In this document: positions 10,474 through 19,939 of the stretch, piece after piece
Numbering within the stretch: the first letter of the stretch is position 1
Layout of the letters: each line of letters begins with the position of its first letter
NCBI GenBank assembly: GCA_963754925.1
Contig: CAVWHX010000001.1
Coordinates: forward strand, 128,001-192,000
Direction of reading: 5' to 3'
Source: an uncultured delta proteobacterium
GTDB lineage: Bacteria > Myxococcota > B64-G9
Length of the DNA: 64,000 nucleotides
Position numbers and translations under genes: made by a program
The notes under the pieces: generated by a model
The model's input: only the letters and a program-made list of their open reading frames with translations
The model's database searches: none
Told to the model about the DNA's origin: nothing

Positions 10474-10504
10474 AATAAAAAAGCCCACCATTTGGTGGGC
10501 CTTT
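10474..10504 (-). terminator. Intrinsic terminator of the aro-trp attenuator
   Basis: Minus strand GCCCACC-AAAT-GGTGGGC followed by TTTTTTATT, about 20 nt before the aroB start. Confidence 0.9.
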
Positions 10505-10538
10505 GCGCGCAAAGTAGGGGAATTATATCAGGCGCATG

Positions 10539-10595
10539 CTATGGCCCACCGGTTTCACCTCGATACCAATACCAGTTTGTAAAAATAACCGACAT
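10539..10595 (-). CDS. Attenuator leader peptide MSVIFTNWYWYRGETGGP (TrpL-like, Trp/Tyr-rich)
   Basis: ATG TCG GTT ATT TTT ACA AAC TGG TAT TGG TAT CGA GGT GAA ACC GGT GGG CCA TAG; its 3' end GGTGGGCC is complementary to the terminator 5' arm. Confidence 0.85.
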   Translation of the reverse strand: MSVIFTNWYWYRGETGGP

Positions 10596-10601
10596 AATTT
10601 T

Positions 10602-10630
10602 ACTTTATTGATATGGAGAGTAACTGTCAA
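10602..10630 (-). promoter_or_regulatory. Sigma70 promoter of the aro-trp operon
   Basis: TTGACA-17 nt-TAAAGT; leader ATG begins 7 nt after the -10 box. Confidence 0.75.
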
Positions 10631-10646
10631 GATAATTTTATTCATC

Positions 10647-10670
10647 CCTTCTCCCGCGAGCGGGAGAAGG
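10647..10670. repeat. REP-like perfect hairpin
   Basis: CCTTCTCCCG-CGAG-CGGGAGAAGG. Confidence 0.55.
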
Positions 10671-10687
10671 TCAAAATGAGGGTGAAT

Positions 10688-11581
10688 ATGAACCGAGCAA
10701 TTTTTCTAGCACTTCTGTTATCTGGATTGCCGCTTACGGCATTCGCAGGACCGCTAATCGTGGGTGTTTTCGAACAACCTCAATGTAAAAGGGAGCGACC
10801 AATATCCGCGCGTTTGCTCTTCGTTAAAGACAAAACTACCTGGTGGGCTCTTGATGATGAGAGTTCTCCTCTCAAGGACATCAACCTTATATTGCTGCCG
10901 AAGTGGCAGGTCGTTTTTGGAGGGAAGGATCTCGGAAACATAAAGCTACGCGACCCCAACCCTTCGTTGACTAACAAAAAGGACATGAACTACACGAGAG
11001 ACAAACTCTATGTTCCGGACTCCCAAAAGGCGCTGCCGATCATCGAGAATGATTCGGAATCATTCAGAGGTTGGTGTGATGTTCCCAAGACGCGGCCGCT
11101 GGTTTTGGTTTCGCAGCCGAATTTCACCGATCCCGAACAATGGAAGCCTTTCTCAATGGATAATTCGTATAAACAAAAGCTTTATACGCCGGTAAAGGTC
11201 GCTATCGGTAGATTCAAGGTATACTACTGTCCTCGAGGTGAATTACCTCCAGAGCCGCTCGAGTATGGGCCGGCGGATCTGGTGCTTTACAAAAGCTTCC
11301 GTTCGGCGTCGGGACGGGAGCTTGTATCTATTGGGATCGACCCCAAAAAGTATCAGTGTGATGGTCCGAGGGAACCGGAATGGTCAGGCAACTGGTTTCT
11401 TTTGGATGGAGAAAAAATTGAGTTCCTCGGACATCAAATGGAGTTGGTAGATGCCGGGGACTACGACCACGATGGGCGTTCCGAATTGCTTTTCTGGCAT
11501 AGCGGGTACAATAGAGATGGATACGTACTCATGTATGACGGGCTTCGGCAAAAGGTTGAGTACCTCTGGGGTTATCACTAG
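10688..11581 (+). CDS. Secreted hypothetical protein with C-terminal FG-GAP/VCBS-like motif
   Basis: Signal peptide MNRAIFLALLLSGLPLTAFA; LVDAGDYDHDGRSELLF; start chosen by signal peptide (ORF opens at 10613). Confidence 0.7.
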   Translation: MNRAIFLALLLSGLPLTAFAGPLIVGVFEQPQCKRERPISARLLFVKDKTTWWALDDESSPLKDINLILLPKWQVVFGGKDLGNIKLRDPNPSLTNKKDMNYTRDKLYVPDSQKALPIIENDSESFRGWCDVPKTRPLVLVSQPNFTDPEQWKPFSMDNSYKQKLYTPVKVAIGRFKVYYCPRGELPPEPLEYGPADLVLYKSFRSASGRELVSIGIDPKKYQCDGPREPEWSGNWFLLDGEKIEFLGHQMELVDAGDYDHDGRSELLFWHSGYNRDGYVLMYDGLRQKVEYLWGYH

Positions 11582-11584
11582 TCG

Positions 11585-11642
11585 CCGTAACAATGCGATA
11601 CAGCTTATCACATTTGATGGTGGCTAATCGCGAGCGTTATAA
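11585..11642 (+). mobile_element. Degenerate solitary integron attC-like site
   Basis: CCGTAAC-5 nt-GATACAGC ... GCTAATC-6 nt-GTTATAA, 58 bp, directly after a stop codon. Confidence 0.55.
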
Positions 11643-11665
11643 GAATTAATGAAAGGCTTTCTCAT

Positions 11666-12148
11666 ATGTGGAAACCTAAAGACATAGGCCAGATCATCGC
11701 TGAACGCGAGCTTGAGTTTAAGAACGACGACACAGGGTCAAAAAAGATCTTCCTACGTATCGGACAACCTGTCCGTTCGAGCGCGCCCGAAGATGGCGAC
11801 CCGTGGTGGTGTCCGATATTGATCGAAGGGTTTGGAGGTACAAAATTTCAGGCAATAGCGGGCGAAGACTCGCTTCAATGTCTTCTTTTGGCTCTTAAAT
11901 ACGCAAAGAAAATACTGCCTGAATACGCTAAAGAACAAGGCGGTCAGATTTACTGGCTGACCGAAGACATGGATAGCATTTTCGATCAGCAAAATATGAT
12001 TGACTCATATTCAATGATTATTGCTGAGGCATTTAAGGTGCTCCGCGAAGCAGCAAGAAAATTACGGAAGAGCAAATCGGGAGACATGCAGGATACACTC
12101 ATCCAAATAGAACAATTGCTCCACAAATATAATGCAGACGGGAAATAA
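11666..12148 (+). CDS. Hypothetical protein, DUF6968-like
   Basis: IAERELEF...LRIGQP...WWCPILIEG...GEDSLQCLLLAL pattern. Confidence 0.65.
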   Translation: MWKPKDIGQIIAERELEFKNDDTGSKKIFLRIGQPVRSSAPEDGDPWWCPILIEGFGGTKFQAIAGEDSLQCLLLALKYAKKILPEYAKEQGGQIYWLTEDMDSIFDQQNMIDSYSMIIAEAFKVLREAARKLRKSKSGDMQDTLIQIEQLLHKYNADGK

Positions 12149-12182
12149 GGACAGAAATAAAAAACCTGGTGTGTCGATTCAA

Positions 12183-12662
12183 ATGTACAGAACATACGTA
12201 ATACCTATCCTTGGTGCCGTAATAATGAGTATTATTTGTCTCCCCAGATACTGCGGACTTATTATGTTCTTCTTTATTCCTTTCTTCGCACTATGGCTTT
12301 TTATTCGAATTTTTAAAGCATATAAAAAGCCTGAGCAGAGAAAACCTTTGTTGATTAATTCGTTGATCTGGTTGTTTGCTTTCTCTTCTATCGCTGCCGT
12401 TCATTGGAATCGGACTATTTCATCTCGTCAAGATGCGGATTTCGTCGTTTCAAAGGTGATGGAGTTTAAAGCGAAGAATGGTTTTTATCCGGCCAATCTG
12501 GCCGAAGCTGGGCTAGATACAGACCATTTTAAAAATGAGTGGGAAATTTGGTACAACACTAAACAGGGAGGACCATTTCTATCTTACCCGTTAACCTTTG
12601 TACCATTTAATATGTACCATTATGATTTTGAGAAACAAAAGTGGGTTCATATACCAGATTAG
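12183..12662 (+). CDS. Hypothetical membrane protein
   Basis: Three hydrophobic segments then GFYPANL motif; AT-rich; start uncertain (ORF opens at 12132). Confidence 0.65.
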   Translation: MYRTYVIPILGAVIMSIICLPRYCGLIMFFFIPFFALWLFIRIFKAYKKPEQRKPLLINSLIWLFAFSSIAAVHWNRTISSRQDADFVVSKVMEFKAKNGFYPANLAEAGLDTDHFKNEWEIWYNTKQGGPFLSYPLTFVPFNMYHYDFEKQKWVHIPD

Positions 12663-12700
12663 GGATGGTATGCGTTAGTGCGCATGAGAAGAAAACTTAG

Positions 12701-13645
12701 ATGGAGGCGCCGTTGAAAGCTAAACGGATCATCGTGTTTGTCGTCGCTGCGTCGGCGATCATCCTTGTCGGGCTCTTCTTGATTTCAAACCTCGAAACAA
12801 AGAAGCTTGATGACGCCGCCCGGACGCAACTCGGCGGCTCGTACGTGCGTCTTTCAAAAGGGGTTACCCACTATGCGTTGGAAGGACCGGAAAATGGACC
12901 GGTGGTCGTTCTCGTCCACGGAGGCACCATACCTATGTTCACCTGGGATGAGCTGTCTCCTGATCTAACGGCCGTCGGCTTTCGCGTCCTGCGTTACGAC
13001 ATGTTTGGACGGGGGTTTTCCGACAGGCCCACGATGGAATACAATCGCGCCCTCTATCTCGATCAGTTGGTGGAACTTTTGGATGCGCTGCATATCTCTG
13101 ACCCGGTCGATCTGGTCGGCTATTCGTTTGGCGGAGCGACGGTGATAAACTTTACGGCCCACTATCCTGACCGGGTCCGAACAGTGGCCTTGATCTCGCC
13201 GGTGGTCTACGATTATCCCGTTCCAGCTGCGCTTCGCCTGTCTGTCGTCGGCGAATTCCTGGGGCGCGTGATCGGCGTGCGGAAGATCATTGATCGCGCA
13301 AATTCCGTTTTGGGATCCACAACATTAGCTCAGCACCACGCGGCGCTCTTCGCCGAGCAAGTCTCTTATGAGGGTTTTCTGGATTCGTTACTCTCCATGA
13401 TGCGAAGCGATGCCCTGGGCGACTACCGCGATAGTTATGCCGCCGTCGGAAAACAAAACCGTAGAGTGTTGCTCATCTGGGGAACACGGGATGCCGAAAT
13501 CACAAAAGAGGTAATCACCACCGCTCAAGCGCTGATTCCTCAGGTTGAATTCCACGCCGTCGACGATGCCGGTCACGGTATCATTTTCCAGAACACGGAG
13601 CGGGTTCAAAGGCTACTGATCGATTTCTTGCAGAGTAAGCCGTAG
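12701..13645 (+). CDS. Alpha/beta hydrolase with N-terminal membrane anchor
   Basis: VVLVHGG, YDMFGRGFSDRP, GYSFGG nucleophile elbow, LIWGTRD, AGH. Confidence 0.9.
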   Translation: MEAPLKAKRIIVFVVAASAIILVGLFLISNLETKKLDDAARTQLGGSYVRLSKGVTHYALEGPENGPVVVLVHGGTIPMFTWDELSPDLTAVGFRVLRYDMFGRGFSDRPTMEYNRALYLDQLVELLDALHISDPVDLVGYSFGGATVINFTAHYPDRVRTVALISPVVYDYPVPAALRLSVVGEFLGRVIGVRKIIDRANSVLGSTTLAQHHAALFAEQVSYEGFLDSLLSMMRSDALGDYRDSYAAVGKQNRRVLLIWGTRDAEITKEVITTAQALIPQVEFHAVDDAGHGIIFQNTERVQRLLIDFLQSKP

Positions 13646-13736
13646 ACGAATAAAAGGGATAGAGGTTCACCGGCAAATTGAAACGGCGGCGTATTTCTCA
13701 TTATATAGCATAACGTTTCGAAACGATTCGAACACT

Positions 13737-14954
13737 ATGGCGCGTTCAAAAATTGACATTACCCTGTTATTTATCACCCGTATTATGCGGTTATTCGCCT
13801 ACGGTTTTTTGTCCGTGGTGCTGGCGTTGTATCTGGCGCAGGTCGGCCTGAACGAACAAACCATAGGCCTGCTGTTTTCCCTGACGTTGGTTGGCGACGC
13901 GGGGATTACCTTATGGATTACGGCGTCGGCCGATAGGATCGGCAGACGACGAATGCTTACGCTGGGCGCGGCGTTGATGATTTTAGCGGGTGTGGTGTTC
14001 GTTTTCACGGCAAACACCATCCTCTTGATGGCTGCCGCGATTATTGGCGTCATCAGTCCGAGCGGAAACGAAATCGGACCGTTTTTGTCGATCGAACAGG
14101 CTGCCTTGACCCAACTCCTGCCTAACGAACGACGCACCCACGTATTTGCATGGTATAACCTGGTCGGTTCGTTTGCGACCGCGTCGGGCGCGCTCTGCGG
14201 CGGCTGGCTTGCTCAAGCCCTGCAAGGGTCTGGTTTTTCAGCGCTGGAATCATACCGCGCCGTGTTGATTGGCTACGCAATCAGCGGGGTGTTGCTGGCA
14301 TTGACTTTTCTGTGCCTATCATCGTCGGTTGAGACAACCGTAAGCCCAATGCCTCGGAAACGCACTCTTGGGCTCCATCGTTCAAAAAGTGTCGTGATGA
14401 AACTGAGCGGCTTGTTTGCTTTGGACGCTTTCGCAGGCGGCTTCGTGGTCCAAAGCCTTATAGCGTATTGGTTTTACATCAAATTTGGGATTGACGTGGG
14501 CCTTCTCGGCAGCATCTTCTTCGGGGCGAATATCTTGGCGGGTATCTCGGCTCTGTTGGCTGCGCGCATCGCAGCACGTATCGGCCTGATTAGAACCATG
14601 GTTTTCACGCACATTCCATCGAATGTTTTACTGTGTCTCGTTCCGTTCATGCCGAATTTACCGCTGGCGATAGCAGTGCTTCTTTTACGGTTCAGTATTT
14701 CACAAATGGATGTGCCAACCCGTCAGTCGTACACCATGGCGGTAGTTGCTCCTGACGAACGCTCGGCCGCATCCGGGGTCACGACCATTGCCCGTTCCGT
14801 GGGCGCATCGTTGTCGCCGGCCCTCAGCGGTCTTTTTCTTGCCAGTCCATTGCTCATCGGCGCGCCGTTTATGGTGGCGGGCGGTCTAAAAATAATCTAC
14901 GACTTGTTGTTATATCGCAATTTTCAGTCGGTGAAGCCGCCGGAGGAGATATAA
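13737..14954 (+). CDS. MFS transporter
   Basis: About 12 TM segments; ADRIGRRR motif A; SQMDVPTRQSY. Confidence 0.92.
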   Translation: MARSKIDITLLFITRIMRLFAYGFLSVVLALYLAQVGLNEQTIGLLFSLTLVGDAGITLWITASADRIGRRRMLTLGAALMILAGVVFVFTANTILLMAAAIIGVISPSGNEIGPFLSIEQAALTQLLPNERRTHVFAWYNLVGSFATASGALCGGWLAQALQGSGFSALESYRAVLIGYAISGVLLALTFLCLSSSVETTVSPMPRKRTLGLHRSKSVVMKLSGLFALDAFAGGFVVQSLIAYWFYIKFGIDVGLLGSIFFGANILAGISALLAARIAARIGLIRTMVFTHIPSNVLLCLVPFMPNLPLAIAVLLLRFSISQMDVPTRQSYTMAVVAPDERSAASGVTTIARSVGASLSPALSGLFLASPLLIGAPFMVAGGLKIIYDLLLYRNFQSVKPPEEI

Positions 14955-15037
14955 CGCGTTCGTGGAGTTCGGATCTACTGATTCCAAAATTCACCCGTTA
15001 AGATTTTGGAGGCAATTCCAACCGGAAATCGCATCTC

Positions 15038-15949
15038 ATGCCAAAAGTAAAGTTATCACATGTCGGGTTACTTCATTTATTCGTTGTGTACGTTGTGTGG
15101 AGCAGCACGTATTTGGCCATTCGAGTCGCAGTCGAAGAGGGGAGTGGTTTTCCGCCTTTTTCAATGGGAGCAAGTCGGCTCGTCGTCGCGGGGATGGTAT
15201 TATTAGCCGTTGCCTACCTAAGAAAAAACAAAATAATTCTTACCCTTAATGAACTAATAATCGTCTCGATCTCGGGCTTCCTTATGTGGGGGTTCAGCAA
15301 TGGATTGCTGCTCTGGGCAGAGCAATTCACCAAATCGGGCCTGGCATCTCTTCTTATTTCCACGACGCCGATGTGGGCGGCGTTGCTGGATTCTATCGCT
15401 TCGAAGAAAACGCCTCCTCCGTTGTTAATTGGTTCCATTTTTCTCGGATTATTGGGGGTAGGCGTCTTGATGTTTCCCGCTCTTCGAGCGGGTAGTTCGA
15501 CCGATTTTGTTTGCGGGTTGTTGTTGGTGTTTGCGTCGGTGAGCTGGGCGGCGGGTTCCGTCTACCAAAAGCGCAATCCGATAGCCATCAACGATACCGT
15601 GTATGCCGCGTATCAGCTTCTGATCGGCGGTTTTTCGATGTCGCTCATGTCCCGGGTGGCTCGTGAGGTAAGCCCTCACCCAACCCACTATGCGTGGCTG
15701 GCATGGGGGTATCTCATCATTCTCGGTTCTGTGATTGCCTTTAACTCATATGTTATCGCGCTTAGAAAATTGCCGATTAATGTCATGATGACGTATTCCT
15801 TTGTAAATCCAGTCTTGGCTGTGGCGTTGGGCTGGCTGATTCTCGATGAGAAAATCACCGGCCGGACCATCGTGGGAGCGATGTTGGTAGTACTCAGTGT
15901 GCTTGGTGTTTTTTGGCAGCAGACAAAAAGGTCTAATACCATATCGTGA
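15038..15949 (+). CDS. EamA/DMT family transporter
   Basis: VYVVWSSTYLAIR, SGLASLL, YSFVNPVLAVALGWLILDE; about 10 TM. Confidence 0.92.
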   Translation: MPKVKLSHVGLLHLFVVYVVWSSTYLAIRVAVEEGSGFPPFSMGASRLVVAGMVLLAVAYLRKNKIILTLNELIIVSISGFLMWGFSNGLLLWAEQFTKSGLASLLISTTPMWAALLDSIASKKTPPPLLIGSIFLGLLGVGVLMFPALRAGSSTDFVCGLLLVFASVSWAAGSVYQKRNPIAINDTVYAAYQLLIGGFSMSLMSRVAREVSPHPTHYAWLAWGYLIILGSVIAFNSYVIALRKLPINVMMTYSFVNPVLAVALGWLILDEKITGRTIVGAMLVVLSVLGVFWQQTKRSNTIS

Positions 15950-16200
15950 TAATCCGCATGGGCGGTCGCCGGCCATCGTACGTTCATCTTCGTTGCAGAT
16001 TTATTGATCAATAACGACACACGTTTGTCATTCTCCTAAACAAAGAAAATCCATCAAAATTCTCAACCAATACATAACCCTGGTTTGAAAGTGAATGCAG
16101 GGCCTGGGTGTATTGTTCTCACTTTCTTGCATATTTGGCGGTTTGAACGCTATGATCACTGAGAATTCATACACAGGCTGACCAACGCTCAGGAACGAAA

Positions 16201-18399
16201 ATGGCTCAGAAGGGGAAATTTCAGGAGAAGGACCTTCCGCTGATCAATCAGTTCAACGAATTCACCATCGATCTGGTCAAAGCCATGGTCCAGACCGGCT
16301 ACTACTCGTCCGCTCACCCCCTGGCGGGCAAAGCCACCGAACACATTTTCGAAAAGCTTCGAGGCATCCTACAAGACAAAGATGAGCTTCTGTACATGTC
16401 CACCTCAGTGCATGTAAAGGACGACATTTCGGTTGATGGCTTGCTGACCGATCCTTTGTACCTGAAAGATTCCTTTCACAACCTCAGCCTGGGGCAGCAC
16501 TTCATCTCGAAATTTCTCGATTACTTCGACCGAAACCACCTGGTCTCTTTTTCAATCAAGAACCGCATCGAGCGCAAAGAATTTGAGAAATTTATCGAGG
16601 TGCTGGTTCAGCAGCAAGGAGCGGACGAGAGTCGGGAGGACGCTGAAACCCGCGAGCGTTTCTCTGACACGCTCTTGAAAAACAAAATTTTCAATATCGT
16701 CGTGGTTCACCGGGATGAACTGCTCGGCCATCAACGAGTCATTCCCTGGCGCGTCCAGTTGGCCCTCAGTCGCCTGCGCAAGGATTTGAAAATCATCCCG
16801 CTGTATACCAAAGCTTCCACCCAGGAGTTGGCAACCGCCAAGACGCAAACCGTCGCCGACATCGTGAGACCGCTCCGCCAAAACATCTTCCTCAAGGAGC
16901 TGCTGCTCAACTGTGACTTGGTCGTGGAAGAGGGGAAGGAGGGTCTCAAGGACTGGGACATCGAGCAGGCCATAGTCAACTATCTGGCGGAGGTGGTGAT
17001 GGTTTCCCTTTCCTGGGAGATCATCAAAGACATGCAAAAAGAAATGGAACCCCCCTCAGAAAAACGCACCGAAATTTCCAAAGAGCGGGAGTCGCGCTGC
17101 AAAAGTATTTTGAAGAAGATCGCGGTTCGTTTCTTTTCATCCAACTCAGAGAAAGCCCATGAGATCCTTGAGCACCTCTTCAAGCAAAAACTGGTCCAGT
17201 ATCAGGAACTCCCTCCCGAGCTCCAGCACAAAATTCTCATCACCCAAATGGCGGAAGAGTTCGAGAAAAGCAATCTCGACCACGTCACCCAGAAGCTCAA
17301 TGTGGTTTTTAGCAGCCCTCCGGATGCTTCCGCCGCTCGCGACCTGCAGGCGGTTTTCGAAGAATTGTGCAAACGACAGGACCTCTCCCGAGCTTTTGAT
17401 TTGGTCCAGATGATTGAACGTCACCCCAAGGCCACAAGCAGCCTGGCTCACCAGATCATCGCCGCGCTTGCCAATCCTCAGGTCATGGGTTTTCTGGTTA
17501 AACAGTATGAGGAGTCCAAAGAAAAAATCCGGGATTCCATCTTGGCCTTCCTGGTGAAAGTGGGCCGACCTTCTGCCCCCTATCTTTTGGATCTGATGTC
17601 CAAAGCCGAAAAAGATTTTATTCGCAAACAGATCTTCGGCATTTTGGCTTCCATGGGTTCCGCTGTGGCGGACTTGGTAATCGCGGAGCTATCCAAGGCT
17701 AACCAGCCGGTCCACTTCTACCGATACCTCATCCAGCTCATCGGCGAGGTCCATCTTTCAGAAGGCTCACCAGCGGTACAGCGGTTCTTGAAACACAAAG
17801 AGCCTTCACTAAGGCTGGAGGCGGTTTCGACCTTGTTCAAACTGTCAGGCGCGGGAAGCGAAGGCGCACTCATCAACGCCCTAAACGATGAGGATTCCCA
17901 AGTGCGGCTGCAGGCCATGTCCTGTCTGGGATCTATTGGCAGCAAAAACCAGAAATTTCGCTCCCTCGTCATCGAGACGCTGCGGGTTAAAAAACAACGT
18001 GAAAAAGAAGCCGACGAGGACCTGCAAATCGCGGCCCTGAAGGCGGCAACCAGCATGGGCAACATCCAGACCAGCTTAGGCGTTTCTTTGGAGGTTGTGC
18101 TCGGTGAAAACCTGCTTCCCCCCAGCCGGTTCGGTTTTTTGGGGTCTTTGAATCCCAACGCCCGGCGAACGAAGAGCGACAGAGTTCGGGCCGCCATCTG
18201 CGACACGTTGGGAGAAATCGGAACCGGCCAGAGCTTGTCTTTCTTAGAAAAGGCCCTGTTGGATCCCAACCATATCATTCGGTCGAGAGCCTCTCTGGCT
18301 ATTGAAAAACTAAAAAAACAGCCTGTACCGAGCCGGGACTCAAAACCAACCAAAGCCAGTATAACGATCGCTTTCCCCAAAGAAAAAAAGCCCTCCTGA
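16201..18399 (+). CDS. HEAT-repeat domain protein
   Basis: Helical N-terminus; C-terminal repeats such as FLKHKEPSLRLEAVSTL, ALNDEDSQVRLQAMSCLG, ALLDPNHIIRSRASLAI. Confidence 0.85.
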   Translation: MAQKGKFQEKDLPLINQFNEFTIDLVKAMVQTGYYSSAHPLAGKATEHIFEKLRGILQDKDELLYMSTSVHVKDDISVDGLLTDPLYLKDSFHNLSLGQHFISKFLDYFDRNHLVSFSIKNRIERKEFEKFIEVLVQQQGADESREDAETRERFSDTLLKNKIFNIVVVHRDELLGHQRVIPWRVQLALSRLRKDLKIIPLYTKASTQELATAKTQTVADIVRPLRQNIFLKELLLNCDLVVEEGKEGLKDWDIEQAIVNYLAEVVMVSLSWEIIKDMQKEMEPPSEKRTEISKERESRCKSILKKIAVRFFSSNSEKAHEILEHLFKQKLVQYQELPPELQHKILITQMAEEFEKSNLDHVTQKLNVVFSSPPDASAARDLQAVFEELCKRQDLSRAFDLVQMIERHPKATSSLAHQIIAALANPQVMGFLVKQYEESKEKIRDSILAFLVKVGRPSAPYLLDLMSKAEKDFIRKQIFGILASMGSAVADLVIAELSKANQPVHFYRYLIQLIGEVHLSEGSPAVQRFLKHKEPSLRLEAVSTLFKLSGAGSEGALINALNDEDSQVRLQAMSCLGSIGSKNQKFRSLVIETLRVKKQREKEADEDLQIAALKAATSMGNIQTSLGVSLEVVLGENLLPPSRFGFLGSLNPNARRTKSDRVRAAICDTLGEIGTGQSLSFLEKALLDPNHIIRSRASLAIEKLKKQPVPSRDSKPTKASITIAFPKEKKPS

Positions 18400-18554
18400 C
18401 AAAACGGGTAGTGCCCCCCATTTGGCAAGCCTCGTGTATGAGAGTATTATAACCACTGTGTTCCTGTTCAAACCGTAGTGGTGCAAAAAATGCGAAACGC
18501 ACCTTGGCAGATAAAAGGTAATTCCAGCAGGTTGAGCATTCGAGAGAGCTATAC

Positions 18555-19892
18555 ATGAAGCACACGGGTAGACCTCCTGCGCACAGCGTGCGATTATTCA
18601 AGTTGGCAGGACTGACCGCGTCGGTCGCCGGGGGATACGCGCGCGACCGCCTCAAGCGTATGTTCCTTTCCAACGACCGCGCTGCCGAGGAGTACAAACT
18701 GAGCATGGAGCGCGTCGGATCACGCATCGCATCTACACTCGGCGAGCTCAAAGGCGCGGCCATGAAAGTGGGCCAGATGGCGTATATGGCCGCCGACTTG
18801 CTGCCGAAGGAGATTGCTTACGCGCTGCAATCGCTGCAAAAGGATGCGCCCTCGGTCGACTTCTCCATCATCGAGGCGCAGATCCAGTCTGAGTTCGGCC
18901 AACCGATCGAACGGTTGTTCGAATCGTTCGAGCCTGAACCATTCGCGGCGGCGTCGATCGGGCAAGTGCATCACGCGCGGGTTGATGGGCGCGCGGTGGT
19001 CGTCAAAGTGCAGTATCCGGGTGTCGACGTCGCGGTCGATTCCGACATGCGCCACCTCAAGCTCGTGCTGCTGGTCAGCGGCTTAATGGACATCGACCGG
19101 CGCGCCCTGGACGCAAGTTTCAGCGAGATACGCGAGCGCATCCACGAAGAACTCGACTACGGTAACGAGTCGGACAACGTTCGACGTTTTCGCGCATACC
19201 ACCGGCCGCGCCATCCGTTCGTGGTCATACCGAAAGTGATCGGCCATCGCTCGACCAAGCGCGTGCTTACGCTCACCTACGAGCCGGGTGACCACGTCAA
19301 AGATTTCGATGCATTGGGCTACACCGCACGGCAGCGCGACCGCTGCGGGCGCCACCTGTGGGCCGCCATCGAAAGCCAAATCTTCGACTTCGGTTGTATC
19401 CACGCCGATCCCAACCCGGCCAACTTCGTTTTCCGCAAAGACGGCAGCGTGGTCATGTACGACTTCGGCTGCGTCAAGCGGCTCGCCCCGGGTATAGCGG
19501 AAGGCTATCGCTCGCTGGTTGACGAAGGTCTGAGAGAAAACTACGACCGTATCGATGACATACTGTGCGCGCTCGGCGTCCGGCGCGAAGGCGGACCGCG
19601 CGTGTCGGACGACTTCTACAAGCTCTGGCGCGACTGGCTCGCGCTGCCCATTCTGGCGGCCAATCCGTTCGACTTCGGCACAGCAAAGTTCGAGCGGGAG
19701 TTCCTGACCAAGCTCGTGCCCGCGACTATAAAACACTTATCGTCGTTTCAACCGCCGCGCGAACTCGTGTACTTCAATCGTATGCTCGTCGGACACTATG
19801 CGACGTTGCACAAGATGAACGCGCGCGTTCCGGTCGGCCCGAGCCTACGCGCGCGCTTTCCCGAGACTGCTCCCTGGTTCACACAGGCGTAG
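18555..19892 (+). CDS. AarF/ABC1/UbiB family kinase
   Basis: LKGAAMKVGQ, PFAAASIGQVH, VVKVQYPG, EELDY, IHADPNPAN, YDFGC. Confidence 0.93.
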   Translation: MKHTGRPPAHSVRLFKLAGLTASVAGGYARDRLKRMFLSNDRAAEEYKLSMERVGSRIASTLGELKGAAMKVGQMAYMAADLLPKEIAYALQSLQKDAPSVDFSIIEAQIQSEFGQPIERLFESFEPEPFAAASIGQVHHARVDGRAVVVKVQYPGVDVAVDSDMRHLKLVLLVSGLMDIDRRALDASFSEIRERIHEELDYGNESDNVRRFRAYHRPRHPFVVIPKVIGHRSTKRVLTLTYEPGDHVKDFDALGYTARQRDRCGRHLWAAIESQIFDFGCIHADPNPANFVFRKDGSVVMYDFGCVKRLAPGIAEGYRSLVDEGLRENYDRIDDILCALGVRREGGPRVSDDFYKLWRDWLALPILAANPFDFGTAKFEREFLTKLVPATIKHLSSFQPPRELVYFNRMLVGHYATLHKMNARVPVGPSLRARFPETAPWFTQA

Positions 19893-19903
19893 TATGCTCC
19901 AAC

Positions 19904-19939
19904 ATAGCTTTCCCCAAAGACAAAAAGCCTTCATGACAA
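19904..19939 (+). repeat. Diverged duplicate of the 3' end of the HEAT gene (18367-18402)
   Basis: 32/36 identity; reads IAFPKDKKPS* versus IAFPKEKKPS*. Confidence 0.8.

Noticed and set aside
14949..15003. Possible second attC (ATATAAC...GTTAAGA) after the MFS gene
   Set aside because: R boxes are plausible but the L boxes do not pair at canonical spacing.
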